A DNA stretch of 62,621 nucleotides, filler included, from Nemertoderma westbladi (taxonomy: Eukaryota > Animalia > Xenacoelomorpha), in NCBI GenBank assembly GCA_032718475.1. It is 3 parts of 3 records of this genome, joined end to end, with 100 filler letters (N's around TTAATTAATTAA, not from the genome) between each part and the next. Parts side by side here need not be neighbours in the genome. Positions count along the whole stretch, not along the records: positions 1 to 30,320 come from JAUCBJ010005907.1; 2 more parts are not named here. One strand, written 5' to 3'. The notes beneath the pieces are model-generated. The model saw only the letters and a list, made by a program, of their open reading frames with translations, ran no database searches and was not told the origin of the DNA. Each line of letters starts with the position of its first letter. Within the stretch, counting starts at the first letter, position 1. Positions 14,411-25,299 of the stretch are shown piece after piece. The translations under genes and the position numbers were made by a program.

Positions 14411-16866
14411 ACAGTAGTAATTGCTTATGAATAGTCCGTCTGCTATTCGTTTGCATCGAACTGCACTAGCGCGCCATCTAGACATCTAGAGGTTTTAAGA
14501 GTTTATTTTATTTGGAGCGTTTGGAGCACTTTATAAAAACCTTACACTAGTTCGACCCCACTTTCCATTCCTTACATGATTTCAACGTCCAATCAAATAA
14601 TAACTCATTAACCAATCCCAGGTGTTAATGCAAGAGGTGTTCCTCAGGAGTGTAAGGATTGGGAATACGCGCCCGGATTAATTTTGTAATTAGTCTGTAT
14701 CTTTGAGTAAGGTTTGTTTGGAAAACCGAGATTTCGTGACTTTTCCTAAAATTTTATGGGTTATCCAACTGAGCAAACGCCATTTACATGGTCATGTTAG
14801 TTTTCGTGCTGTGCTCCCTTTCTGGCACCCACCTCCAGTACTTTCGTACTAAGATTTTCAATAGTTTTCATAATTGACTAAAATTAATTTATTTGCGATA
14901 TATAGCGGTTTTTTTGGATGCTGAAAGCGATTATAGAACTGCAATATTACATTCGTGAAATTTTTTGGTAATTTTTAAAGTGTCACCTGGGGTAAGAATA
15001 AAACAGGTAGTGCAAATATGTTAGTCAAAAATCACGTCAAAAGCTTCAGTTCATTCAAATTTCGCCTCCTTCCTGTTGGTACATGACTTGAATTTGCACA
15101 ACTCAATGCAATGATGTTGATGTTTGTTTTGTAGGCAGATACAGAGTGAGTACAAAACAAAGACTTAACACCCAATTATAAAGACCTACATAATCATCTA
15201 ATATGTGTTAACTTTCGTTTATTGTTTTGGTTCCCCCAACACGCATCAGTAACGTGCTCCTTTGCTAACCTGCTCCTTTAAATAGCAATGGGACTTATCG
15301 CATTTATGGACCTAACGCGACTTCACCTCTTTGTTTTGTAGGGTACAGAACAGGCAGTAAAGTCTAGGGTCTTTGTTTTGTACTCAACCGGCAGATAAAT
15401 GTTGGTGGTTTACAATTGCAATACAGCAGGGATAGAGAGAGAGAGGATAGAGTATGGAACTGGTAGAACATACATCCAATCAGGTATTACCATATCCTCC
15501 TCATCTAACAGCCATCCCAGGACTATGGGAGAAGATACATTGATGATGGGTACTAAGCTTATATACGATTGGTAGTTGGCTCGGGATAGGTGTCTCTCTT
15601 TAAACAATATTTACAAGGCAGCAAGGTTGACTCGATTTCTCCATGTTTTGAACAGAAAAGACGATACCGAAGCTCGTTCACGTCATTAACTTCTGACATT
15701 CATGTAAAGCAGTAAGTATTATGCATAAGTCAGGTCCAAGATTAGCTGATATAGTGTTTATGTTACAATGCGTTATTGTACTTAGAGATCCACACTTTTG
15801 ATAAACCTGGCATTTCAGGACATCGTTTTCATCCCTTGTAATGTATTTGAGTTGGTTGAAGGTCATGATGGCATTGATTTGTGTTCCTTTATTGCCGTCA
15901 CCCTCATTATCATCTCGAATATGAATGTCACATACTTGATCTAATCTTTGAAGTTTGCGTGGATACACCCCCCCCCCCCCCCACCATCCCTTTCAGTGAA
16001 ACCTGCCTCTGCACTGATGTCTATATTATTCTTACGTGCTTCAGTGTCGTCTTTTAATCTCAAAAAGTGGAGAAATCGAGTCAACCTTTGCAGCCACCTT
16101 GTAAGTATTGTTTATACACCTACAGTATATATCCAAAGCCAACTACCAAGCGTGTATTTGGAAAAAAAGTTTAGTATCCATCATCAATGTACCTTCTCCC
16201 ATTGTACTGTAGGTTTGTCTGTTAGATGAGGAGGATATGATAATACCTGATTGGATGCATGTTCTTCCAGCTCCATCATCAGCTCCATCACTACGTCATG
16301 TAAACCACTAACGTATCTGCCTACAAAATAAACTTAATTGCATTGTGTTGTAGAAATTCAAGTAATGCACCAAATGGAAGGAGGCGGAATTGGAATGAAC
16401 TGATGCACTTGACACCTCAGATGATGAAGGTGATTTCTAATACAGCAGTAATTGTATCACATACATTACCTACTCGACTAAGAATACTCTATTTGCTCGG
16501 ATGACATCACGTATACCAATTAAGAATACGTACATACATAATTATGTATTTATTATTAAATAAAGAGGATTTAGTATTAAAAAATGTTATTATCGATGTA
16601 ATCATCTTTGCAGAAATCATCTAGGAAAAATTATGATAAATATATAAATTGAAGTGAATATACTAAAATAACTAACTTCTAATTGGGGTAGGTGTCAAGT
16701 CATTTAAGTTTGTGTCATATCTGAGTCATCTTCAATTGCATCTGTTGTGGTAGTCATGGTAACCTGTGAAGGAGTGTTGTCTGAAATGCCATTTAGATGT
16801 CCCTTGTCATTTTAAAGTGATTTGTAGTCACATCTGATTGTTTTTATTGACATACATATTTGTTAA

Positions 16867-18447
16867 CCCTATTACCACTGGGGTGTTTTGACCATTAGCA
16901 GCACTGGGGGGGGGGCGATTCGGCCCACCCACTATATTTTTGTAGTCGTCCAATGAAATCCTACAAAATTTGGGCTGTTGGTGAAACAACTATAGATGAA
17001 CACTACCAAACCTTAAAAAGTTAAAATTTCATAAGCAGGGACTCATAATTTTGATGAAAAATAAAAGTAGTCCCAGGACAAAATTACAAAATTTTTCGTT
17101 TTCTAAAAACTAATAGTGTGGCAGTGTTGGCTAGATTTAGTAGGTTTTTCAAGACGCTGAATCGAATGTGATTATATTCCACTTCCAAAAATTGAAGTGG
17201 ATGCTATTTTTCGTGCACATAAGAAGTGGGCGTGGCACTTCAAATTTTGAAAAATTAGATATTCAGAAAATGCCCCTAATTTTTTTATTTCAACGCATCT
17301 TTATGGGTTTTCTGGGCCGCTGAATCGATTGAAAGTAATATAGAAGCCTGAAGACTGAGTGGTTAGCCATTTTTGGTGCACCAAAATTAGGGCGTGGCAC
17401 TTCAAATTTTGAAAAATACGAGATTCGGAAAATAAACCGAAATTGAAATTTTAACGAATTTATATAGGTTTTCCAGACCGCTGAATCGATTGAAAGTAAT
17501 ATAGAAAAGCCTGAAGATTTAGAAGTTAGCCATTTTTTGAAATCAAAACTTTAGTGTTTTTTCCGAATAAAGTAATTTTGAAAATTTGAAGTGCCACGCC
17601 CTAATTTTGGTGCACCGAAAATGGCGAACCACTAAGTCTTCAGGGTTCTATATTACTTTCAATCGATTCAGCGCTCCAGAAAACCTATAAAATTAATTTA
17701 AAATCAAAACTTTAGTGAATTTTTCGAATCTCGTATTTTTCAAAATTTGAAGTGCCACGCCCTAATTTTGGTGCACCAAAAATGGCGAACCACTAAGTCT
17801 TCAGGCTTCTATATTACTTTCAATCGATTCAGCGCTCCAGAAAACCTATAAAAATGCTTTGCAAATCAAAACTTCAGTGTATTTTCCGAATCTCGTATTT
17901 TTCAAAATTTGAAGTGCCACACCCTAATTTTAGTGCACCAAAAATGGCGAACCACTAAGTCTTCAGGCTTCTATACTACTTTTAATCGATTCAGCGCTCC
18001 AGAAAACCAATAAAAATGCTTCGAAATCAGAACTTTAGTAAATTTTCCGAATAAAGTAATTTTGAAATTTTAAAGTGCCACGCCCTAAATTTGGTGCTCC
18101 AAAAATGACGTACCACTACACTTACATACTTGTATAGAGCATTAGAGTGATCCAAACCAATGAAAATAAATAAAAATAGCCCAAACACAAATAATTACTA
18201 AATCACGAATGACTTTGTAAAATTCGAAAATTTCAAAAAATTTGGTGCTGGAGACCAAATTTTGAGGTGGCACCCACATCGAAAAGTAGAAATCCAATTG
18301 CAACGGCGTTTTTTGCAAAAGATGCGGCATTAAATTTGACTAATTCTCACAAAAAATTGGGCCGGTACGTAATGTGGGTGCATAGTTACAGCAACTAAAA
18401 ACTAGGAAGGGGCCGATTCGGCCCCCCCCCCCCCAGTGGTAATAGGG
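16867..18447. mobile_element. piggyBac-type non-autonomous element nested in the right Academ-like TIR
   Basis: TIR CCCTATTACCACTGGGG...CCCCAGTGGTAATAGGG with TTAA on both sides (16863-16866, 18448-18451). Internal ~162-bp repeats occur in two opposite orientations. Confidence 0.9.
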
Positions 18448-19598
18448 TTAAAGTCATTATTTTGAAACAGAGTGGAATGAGATTAAAATGATAACAAATA
18501 AAAATATTTCAAACATGGGTTTATCTTTGGAACCATATATCACCGTTATAACAAAACAGGTTTAGCTCTCAGTATACCAAAATTTTCCAAAACTAATATT
18601 CAATAAAATGTGGTAATTTGTTTTTAAAATAATGGTATTGTTCTAGAATGGTAGCTATTTTTTTAAAACATGTCAGTTTTCATTTAGCAGCATTCCCATG
18701 GTAACAATAAATATATTCCAGAATTTTATGTCACATTTAGAATTGTTAGACCAGTAGCTATCTTTTTCAAAAGATGCGATGAATTTATATTGAGTTATTA
18801 GAATACTACAGCATGTTTGTTGTTTTACCATTTCCATGACAACCGGTGATAACACCAAGTCAGCTACCGATTCAGATTTGTTATCATATCAAAATGAATG
18901 GCCAGAAGCTAGGTCTTCCCAAAAATATAAGTTCCGGGTGGTTACCAAAAAGTATCCCCTATGCTGGCTGGCCCATGGACTATTACTGTGACCAACCGAA
19001 GTTGTCGAAATAGGCCTAGTTTAATAATATGGGGCGAGCCACGCGATAGCATCAATATTGGAACGTCAATATTCTAACTCATTACAGTATAAAGTTAATT
19101 ATAATAACTACCGGCACATATTGTACTGTGAGGGAAATAAAATATGCTTTATTTACCGTTCATCCAGAGATCTGTTATTAAACGACCGAGCGCAGCGAGG
19201 GAGGTAAATAAGTCCCCATATTTTGGGAGTGGCGGTCCGAAACCCTAATTCAAAGTGGAAATTGAGGCCCCAAAACCTTAATTAAAACTGTCATGTAACC
19301 CCAACCTTAAATATTTTGGATCCTAAATTCCACAAAATTTCTTACATTAGAGCATCGGGACTTTAAGGTTATAGGGTTAATCACTGTTTTAATTAGGGTT
19401 TGGGCCTGACCAACTAACCCAACCACAAAAATAAACCAATAAATCCAAGTTAAAGTGCTGCATGGTACGCTAGACCTACTATTATTATACTGTAAGTCTA
19501 TAGGGGGGCAATCTGCGCGGGGGGGGGGGGGGGGGGGGGGTAGATACGCCTAGGACACCGGCAGCATTCTTAATGCAGCTGCTTCCAGCATGCCCATT

Positions 19599-22500
19599 TT
19601 TTTAAAGAAAGATACGCCCCCGTGCGGGGCAAATATATTAGCTCATTTGTCAGGGTAGAATCAACAGTGAATATATGGAATAATTTTACATACAGTGCAC
19701 AAATTATACGAGTATAATACAGGAAATAGTATCTATCAGTATTTATGGTACAGTAATCTAAGAGTCTCAATTAATTTAATATATAACATATCATTAAAAT
19801 CACAAATGATAAAAACAGTTTATTCTCAACCAACATAATATAAAATATATATTTTATTATATAAAAATTTTCAGTAAAATTGAGTGTGGGATAGATTATG
19901 AAAAATATAAAGGTTTACAAAGTTAAATTATTCGTTTGCTAGTGCGGAGAGAGATGGGGATGAGGAGCATGATAGCACGTGGTACTTGTCTTCGCAACTT
20001 AGGCTACAGAATTTGCAAACACAAGAGACGGAGCGGTCATGGAAAGGGCGAGTGTTGGTGCAAAGCTTGTGATGAAAACCATGTGAGGTGGTTCTTGTGA
20101 TGACGTGACGGTTTTTCTGTCCGGTTCTTCTCCATGCGGTGTTGGAAAACGCAGGGCCATTAAGAAAACCTTCAGCAATGAAAGCGTTCTGGCGTTCGGT
20201 TCTGAAGGCTTTGTATTGTGAAATGGAATCGGAGTTGAACGAGTTCGGGAATTTAAGTAGAGTAGTCTCAGTGAGGGTTTTCTCGCCGACAAGGTTGTGA
20301 GCTAGGGTTGATGAGGCATTTAGTGGCAAGCCAAGCATTTTCTTCAAAAATGACGATTTTATCATGTCTATGTTCTTTAGGTGTTTCAATTTTAAATATT
20401 TACCAAAAGTGGAGATTGCATAGAGGGCTTTTGGGGCTACTTTACTGTTAAAAATTTTCAGCCCAGTATCTACAGATAGTAGTGGTAATATAGATAGCGA
20501 TCCTATCAAGCTATAGCACTGACGTTTCTTTAGGTCTATGTGCTTTGAAAAGCACAGAGATGGTTGGACTATAACGCCTAAGTATTCGTAAGAATTATCA
20601 ATATGCACAATTTCGCCATTATACGTAAAAATATCGGTCTTTTTAAGAGGACCACCGTTTCTAAATTTTACAATCTTAGTTTTACGCAAGTTGACTGTCA
20701 TACCATTTTCTTGACACCATGTGTACACAGCATCTAGTGCCGATTGCACATCATAAGCGTTCGAAGAGTAAAATACAAGATCATCCGCGAAGAAAATCTG
20801 TTTTAAAGTAGATACTGCGGAACATAGGAAATGGCACAAATCGGCAATAAAAAGCACAAAAAGTGTAGGTGATAGTGAATCTCCCTGTAATATGCCTCTC
20901 AGTTGGTCTATCACATTAGAATATTTAATGCCATCGAAAATACGGATATTATTCTTAAATAAACAACGGATAATATTGTATATCTTACCACGTACTCCTA
21001 GAGTATGAATTTTGTATAAAAGTTTAGCTCTAGGTACCATATCGAAGGCCTTTTTAAAATCGATAAAACATGCGTATACATGTCGATTCGAACGGTGTTC
21101 TGATTTGAGAGCTTGATTTATATCACTAAACAATTGACAGAGTGCATGTATTGTGGATCTACCGGGAATAAACCCATATTGGTTACAGGGAAAAACTTCA
21201 TAAATATTCAACCGTAATTTAGAGTTAATTATAGAAGTGAAAATTTTGAGAAACACAGAAATTAGGGCAATACCCCTATAGTTGTCAGGGTCGTAGCGCG
21301 ACCCCTTGCCTTTGTACAAAATATTTATAAAACTCGTCATCCATATGCTGGGTAACGCAGTGCAATCCAAACAAACGTTATATAACAAAGTTAGGTAAAC
21401 TAAAATGAAGGGTAGGATTTCCTTTATGTGTTCGTAATAGAACCCATCCGGCCCCGAGGCTTTCCGGTTCTTAGTCCGCAACACAGCCTCGGATACTTCA
21501 TCTTCTGATATCCCCTTATTAAACCACTTGTCCTCAGTCAGTTCACTCAAATCGGGTGTAGGTGGGTCGCTACAACCTTCAGGATCGTTCTCAGTTCCAA
21601 CAAGATTGCGAAAGTGCGATTCGAGCACTTCCGCTTCAATTGGCGCAGAAGCTGGTTTTCTTCCTCGAAATAGCGTCCATGGGTCGATTTCTGCTGACTC
21701 TAAACGTTTTGTAACCTCTGTATTGCTATACTCTAGTTGCTTCTTCTTTATCAACCACTTGTATGCTTTCCTAGCTGCCCAGAAATGGGATTCTGACTCT
21801 GCTGAAGCTTTCCGGTTTTCCAACAGGTTTAGTAGATTTCGTTTTGCTGTGATACAATCGTCATCGAACCACTCCTTACTGGCGTTTCGTTTATGCCGTT
21901 TCATCGTTGTCGAATCTCGGATTGCTTGGTTGATTAGGCCCCATAAGTGATCTACAGAGTCACTAGCAGTACTTGTGTCAAGAATAGCCAGATTTTCGTG
22001 TTGCGTAAACGTAGCAATATTTACCTTGCGAGATAGTGGGGGCGATCTCATTTGTGGAAGGGGAGGCCTTTCAGCGTCCAGAAGGACAGCTACAGACAAC
22101 TGTTGGTGTTTCCTGATGGGTGAATCGAGAACACGCACTGATGTTGAGCCAGCTAATCCCTTTGCAAAGACAATGTCGATGATGCTGGATCCTTGGGGTG
22201 ATATATATGTAGGTTTGCCGGGGGTTTCGTACTCTAACCTCTCGAATCCCAATGTCTGGAGGCCAGCGGTTAACTCTTTCCCGCGATTACCTTTGTCTAG
22301 TCGGCAATTAAAATCGCCAGCCAGGACTGTAGGAGCTGGTTCGGTATGCGAAAGTGATTCTGATATCACAAATAATATATCTGCAATTGCCGTGTCGGGG
22401 ATAAAATAGTATACGATAAAGTAAGCTGCGCTTGTCTTGCATATAATATAGTTCTCAGTATGTACCTTCATCGATGGGTTTAACTGTGGAGTTGCAAGGA

Positions 22501-22741
22501 GCATAAGGCCACGGAAGGGTTTACCTCTGGGATATTGTTCCGCTGGGTGAACATAGGTATAATAGCCAGGATTTTCCTGCGCATCTGAAGTGAGAAAAGT
22601 CTCTGCGAACATTATTATATCATTGTTATTGTATAGTTCTTCATGGTTCAACGATTCTTTGACAAATTTAAAACCTTCTACATTCCAGAATGTTATCGAG
22701 ACCCGGAGTCATGGCTGTTGTTGCTGTATCGGGGTACCTTG
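19599..22741 (-). mobile_element. 5'-truncated APE-type non-LTR retrotransposon (LINE)
   Basis: 13-bp TSD CAGCATGCCCATT at 19586-19598 and 22742-22754, a short A-tail, a 3' GCCCC..GGGGC hairpin, and an intact ORF2. Confidence 0.92.
19928..22708 (-). CDS. LINE ORF2: AP endonuclease, reverse transcriptase and C-terminal Cys/His motif
   Basis: EN motifs ITFWNVEG (in frame, upstream of the ORF-track start), AET, GDFN, SIIDIVF. RT motifs NYRGIAL, QYGF, FIDFKKAFD, GILQGDSLSP, FFADD, YLG. C-terminus HGFHHKLC..CVCKFC..YHVLSC. No internal stops. Confidence 0.95.
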   Translation of the reverse strand, partial: LRVSITFWNVEGFKFVKESLNHEELYNNNDIIMFAETFLTSDAQENPGYYTYVHPAEQYPRGKPFRGLMLLATPQLNPSMKVHTENYIICKTSAAYFIVYYFIPDTAIADILFVISESLSHTEPAPTVLAGDFNCRLDKGNRGKELTAGLQTLGFERLEYETPGKPTYISPQGSSIIDIVFAKGLAGSTSVRVLDSPIRKHQQLSVAVLLDAERPPLPQMRSPPLSRKVNIATFTQHENLAILDTSTASDSVDHLWGLINQAIRDSTTMKRHKRNASKEWFDDDCITAKRNLLNLLENRKASAESESHFWAARKAYKWLIKKKQLEYSNTEVTKRLESAEIDPWTLFRGRKPASAPIEAEVLESHFRNLVGTENDPEGCSDPPTPDLSELTEDKWFNKGISEDEVSEAVLRTKNRKASGPDGFYYEHIKEILPFILVYLTLLYNVCLDCTALPSIWMTSFINILYKGKGSRYDPDNYRGIALISVFLKIFTSIINSKLRLNIYEVFPCNQYGFIPGRSTIHALCQLFSDINQALKSEHRSNRHVYACFIDFKKAFDMVPRAKLLYKIHTLGVRGKIYNIIRCLFKNNIRIFDGIKYSNVIDQLRGILQGDSLSPTLFVLFIADLCHFLCSAVSTLKQIFFADDLVFYSSNAYDVQSALDAVYTWCQENGMTVNLRKTKIVKFRNGGPLKKTDIFTYNGEIVHIDNSYEYLGVIVQPSLCFSKHIDLKKRQCYSLIGSLSILPLLSVDTGLKIFNSKVAPKALYAISTFGKYLKLKHLKNIDMIKSSFLKKMLGLPLNASSTLAHNLVGEKTLTETTLLKFPNSFNSDSISQYKAFRTERQNAFIAEGFLNGPAFSNTAWRRTGQKNRHVITRTTSHGFHHKLCTNTRPFHDRSVSCVCKFCSLSCEDKYHVLSCSSSPSLSALANE

Positions 22742-22774
22742 CAGCATGCCCATTATAGATAGATAATTCAAACC

Positions 22775-23040
22775 GGAAAAAGGTGGACAGTCCAATCACT
22801 AATAAATAGCATTGCTTTAATACGTTTCTGATTGGTCAGACTATTATCTATGTTTTTTGTGCATGTGTCCAGTCCACCTTTTTCAAACACACATATTATT
22901 CCCAATTATCTAACTAAGAAAACGAAACTTGAAAAAGGTGGACAGACCAATTGCTACAAACTGCTTTGCATAATACGTTTCTGATTGGTCTGTCCGTTGT
23001 CCATGTTTTCTGTGTCCAGTCCACCTTTTTCAAACACCCA
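22775..23040. repeat. Two tandem copies of a short hairpin repeat
   Basis: Each copy is bounded by AAAAAGGTGGAC...GTCCACCTTTTT and contains CTGATTGGTC. Related motifs lie at ~11565-11660. Confidence 0.6.
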
Positions 23041-23120
23041 TCTGAACTTGTAATGTACCAGTACTGCATTTCCCCTTTAGTTTGCCAGTACCGGTACCTT
23101 AAATTATTGCTCAATGCAAT

Positions 23121-24028
23121 TGCATGTAAAGAGCGGACTGCGGACTACGGACTGCAGATTGTCAATTAAAAGCCCAAATATGCGCGGTCAATTTGAATTT
23201 ATAGCATTATAATGTAAGAATCCGCTCTTTTTTGTCTGGACAAACGGCGGAATGAAGCCAGAAAATTGTAACCTGATTGGCTCAATCATTTACATAGGCC
23301 CAAAGGGAACTTTCCTGAATCCTCTTATTGGCTTAAATGTTTTCATTGTGACACATAGAGATGGACACACAAACAATATTCCAACATTACTACAGTATAA
23401 TTATACTGTATGTAATTAAGTAGGGCTACCGGTGCGGTATCAATTAAGCTATGCCGTCAGCAGGCATGTACTGTTGGCCTACTGGCAACGGGTCAGCCGG
23501 TTGAAGTTTTCGATTAATTCAAACTAAAACTAAGTATAATAACTAACGTAATCGATGGTGGGGCCGTATTGCACGTGTAGTAGGCCTATTCTTAAACGTC
23601 CAAAGCTAAACTTACTACTGTATAATACATCCAGGCTTACGTAAGATGATAGTGCCTTGATGTGAAAGTTTAGGAAAATTTTACCTGATTACTACTGTAT
23701 TTACAGTAGAGGTATAGGTTCGCCACTAGTACAGTAGTAGTTCCTTAATCAACAGTCCACGTAATTACTGTATAGGATGATTATTTCCTGTATTACAGTG
23801 TTGCACAATGGTAAACATTTAAAAGCCAATGGGGTGATTCATTCTTTAAGTTCCCTTTCAGCCTATGTAAATGATTGAGCCAATCAGGGTACACTTTGCC
23901 GGCTTCAGTCTGCCATTTGTCCAGACAACAAAGAACGGATTCTTAGTTTGGAAGTCGAAATTGACCGCGTGGATTTTGGCAAACCGCAGTCCGTAGTCCT
24001 CCAGTCCGCTGTCCGCTCTTTACATGCA
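23121..24028. mobile_element. MITE with ~230-bp imperfect inverted arms, possibly Harbinger-like
   Basis: TGCATGTAAAGAGCGGAC... pairs with ...GTCCGCTCTTTACATGCA; arms are ~23121-23355 and ~23797-24028. No clear TSD. Confidence 0.7.
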
Positions 24029-24640
24029 CCCCTCAATATGTTCTGTTCAGTAGACCTGCCGGTTAGGTAGGTAGGTTCTGTAGTTGTAAGTCTACCTACA
24101 CTCTGAACTGAAAACATACCATAGGCCTGCAGTACAGTAGTCTTATTCTTACAACTTTTACTTTCACTCATGTTAGTAAAAGTACCGGTAAGCTAACTAC
24201 TGTATTCACAACACGGCAAATAAGGCATAATTATAATTTCAACATGCAGATACCGGAGTGTTGAAAAATAAATGTGATATTTTTTCCTAGGACTAAAATA
24301 ATACTATTTTTAGATAGGTTATCATTGCGATTGTGATATTTTTTCCGGGATTGGTTGGTAACAACATAATTTATGTCACTTTTACAATTATTTATACAGC
24401 AACTAATGTAATTTGTGTAGTTTCTATCACTTATAATGTATATGTACAATCATTTCGTAAATGTTAAAATTTTAGAATAAAACTACATACATACATGTTG
24501 CAAAGTACTTTATAGTGTTCTGATCCTCGTGGCTTTAATTTCACTCACTCACTAAAGTTCGTTCGTGTAACAAAGCCACTCGCATCATCACATTGTAAAG
24601 TGCTACTTTACACTCAAGTATGTAAATAGTTATTACATTG

Positions 24641-25079
24641 TTGTAGGGAGCTACTGCTTGAAACACTGTACCTTCTGGTAAGGCTTTTTACTTTGTGGTA
24701 GAGAGCTACTGCTGGAAATACCTACTGGTATTTTTTTTTACTTTGTGGTAGGGAGCCACTGCTGGAAATACCTTCTGGTAAGGCTTTTTACTTTGTGGTA
24801 GAGAGCTACTACTGGAAATACCTACTGGTATTTTTTTTTACTTTGTGGTAGGGAGCCACTGCTGGAAATACCTTCTGGTAAGGTTTTTTACTTTGTGGTA
24901 GAGAGCTACTGCTGGAAATACCTACTGGTATTTTTTTTTACTTTGTGGTAGGGAGCCACTGCTGGAAATACCTTCTGGTAAGACTTTTTACTTTGTGGTA
25001 GGGAGCTACTGCTGGAAATACCTACAGGTAAGGCTTTTTACTTTGTGGTAGGGAGCTACTGCTGGAAATACCTACTGGC
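24641..25079. repeat. 50-bp minisatellite, ~9 units, partly alternating A/B
   Basis: Unit CTTTGTGGTAGrGAGCyACTGCTGGAAATACCTwCTGGTA followed by either a T-run or AGGCTTTTTA. Confidence 0.95.
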
Positions 25080-25255
25080 AAGTTGTTTTCCTTAACTTCC
25101 TTGGTTAATTAAATTCAACTAAATATTATTGACCTTTATATAATAATATAAGTTCTGAATGAGTGACCCTAACTGCCGCAACATAAGACTGCCTGTTCAA
25201 TAGAAGTGGATTAGGTGGGAGAGCAAGTGTCAGGGGCAAGTGGCTGAACTTGTTA

Positions 25256-25299
25256 GCGCTACTGATGAGGCCTGGTAGGCTGAAACGTACGTATAGCGC
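25256..25299 (+). ncRNA. Minimal type I hammerhead ribozyme
   Basis: GCGCTA (stem I), CTGATGA, GGCCT-ggt-AGGCT (stem II), GAAA, palindromic ACGTACGT stem III, GTA cleavage triplet, TAGCGC (stem I'). Confidence 0.85.

Larger units (their letters stand above)
11690..18982. mobile_element. Academ-like non-autonomous DNA transposon with ~780-bp TIRs
   Basis: Termini TAGTCCATGGGCCAGCCAGC...GCTGGCTGGCCCATGGACTA with a 3-bp TTA duplication (11687-11689, 18983-18985). Arms 11690-13183 and 16612-18982 align once the nested insertions are removed. TAG..CTA ends with a 3-bp TSD fit Academ; no transposase was seen. Confidence 0.75.

Noticed and set aside
21528-22409. Plus-strand ORFs opposite LINE ORF2, and similar antisense ORFs over ZNF207, RT and FBXO3
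   Set aside because: Shadow ORFs of genuine coding sequence on the other strand.
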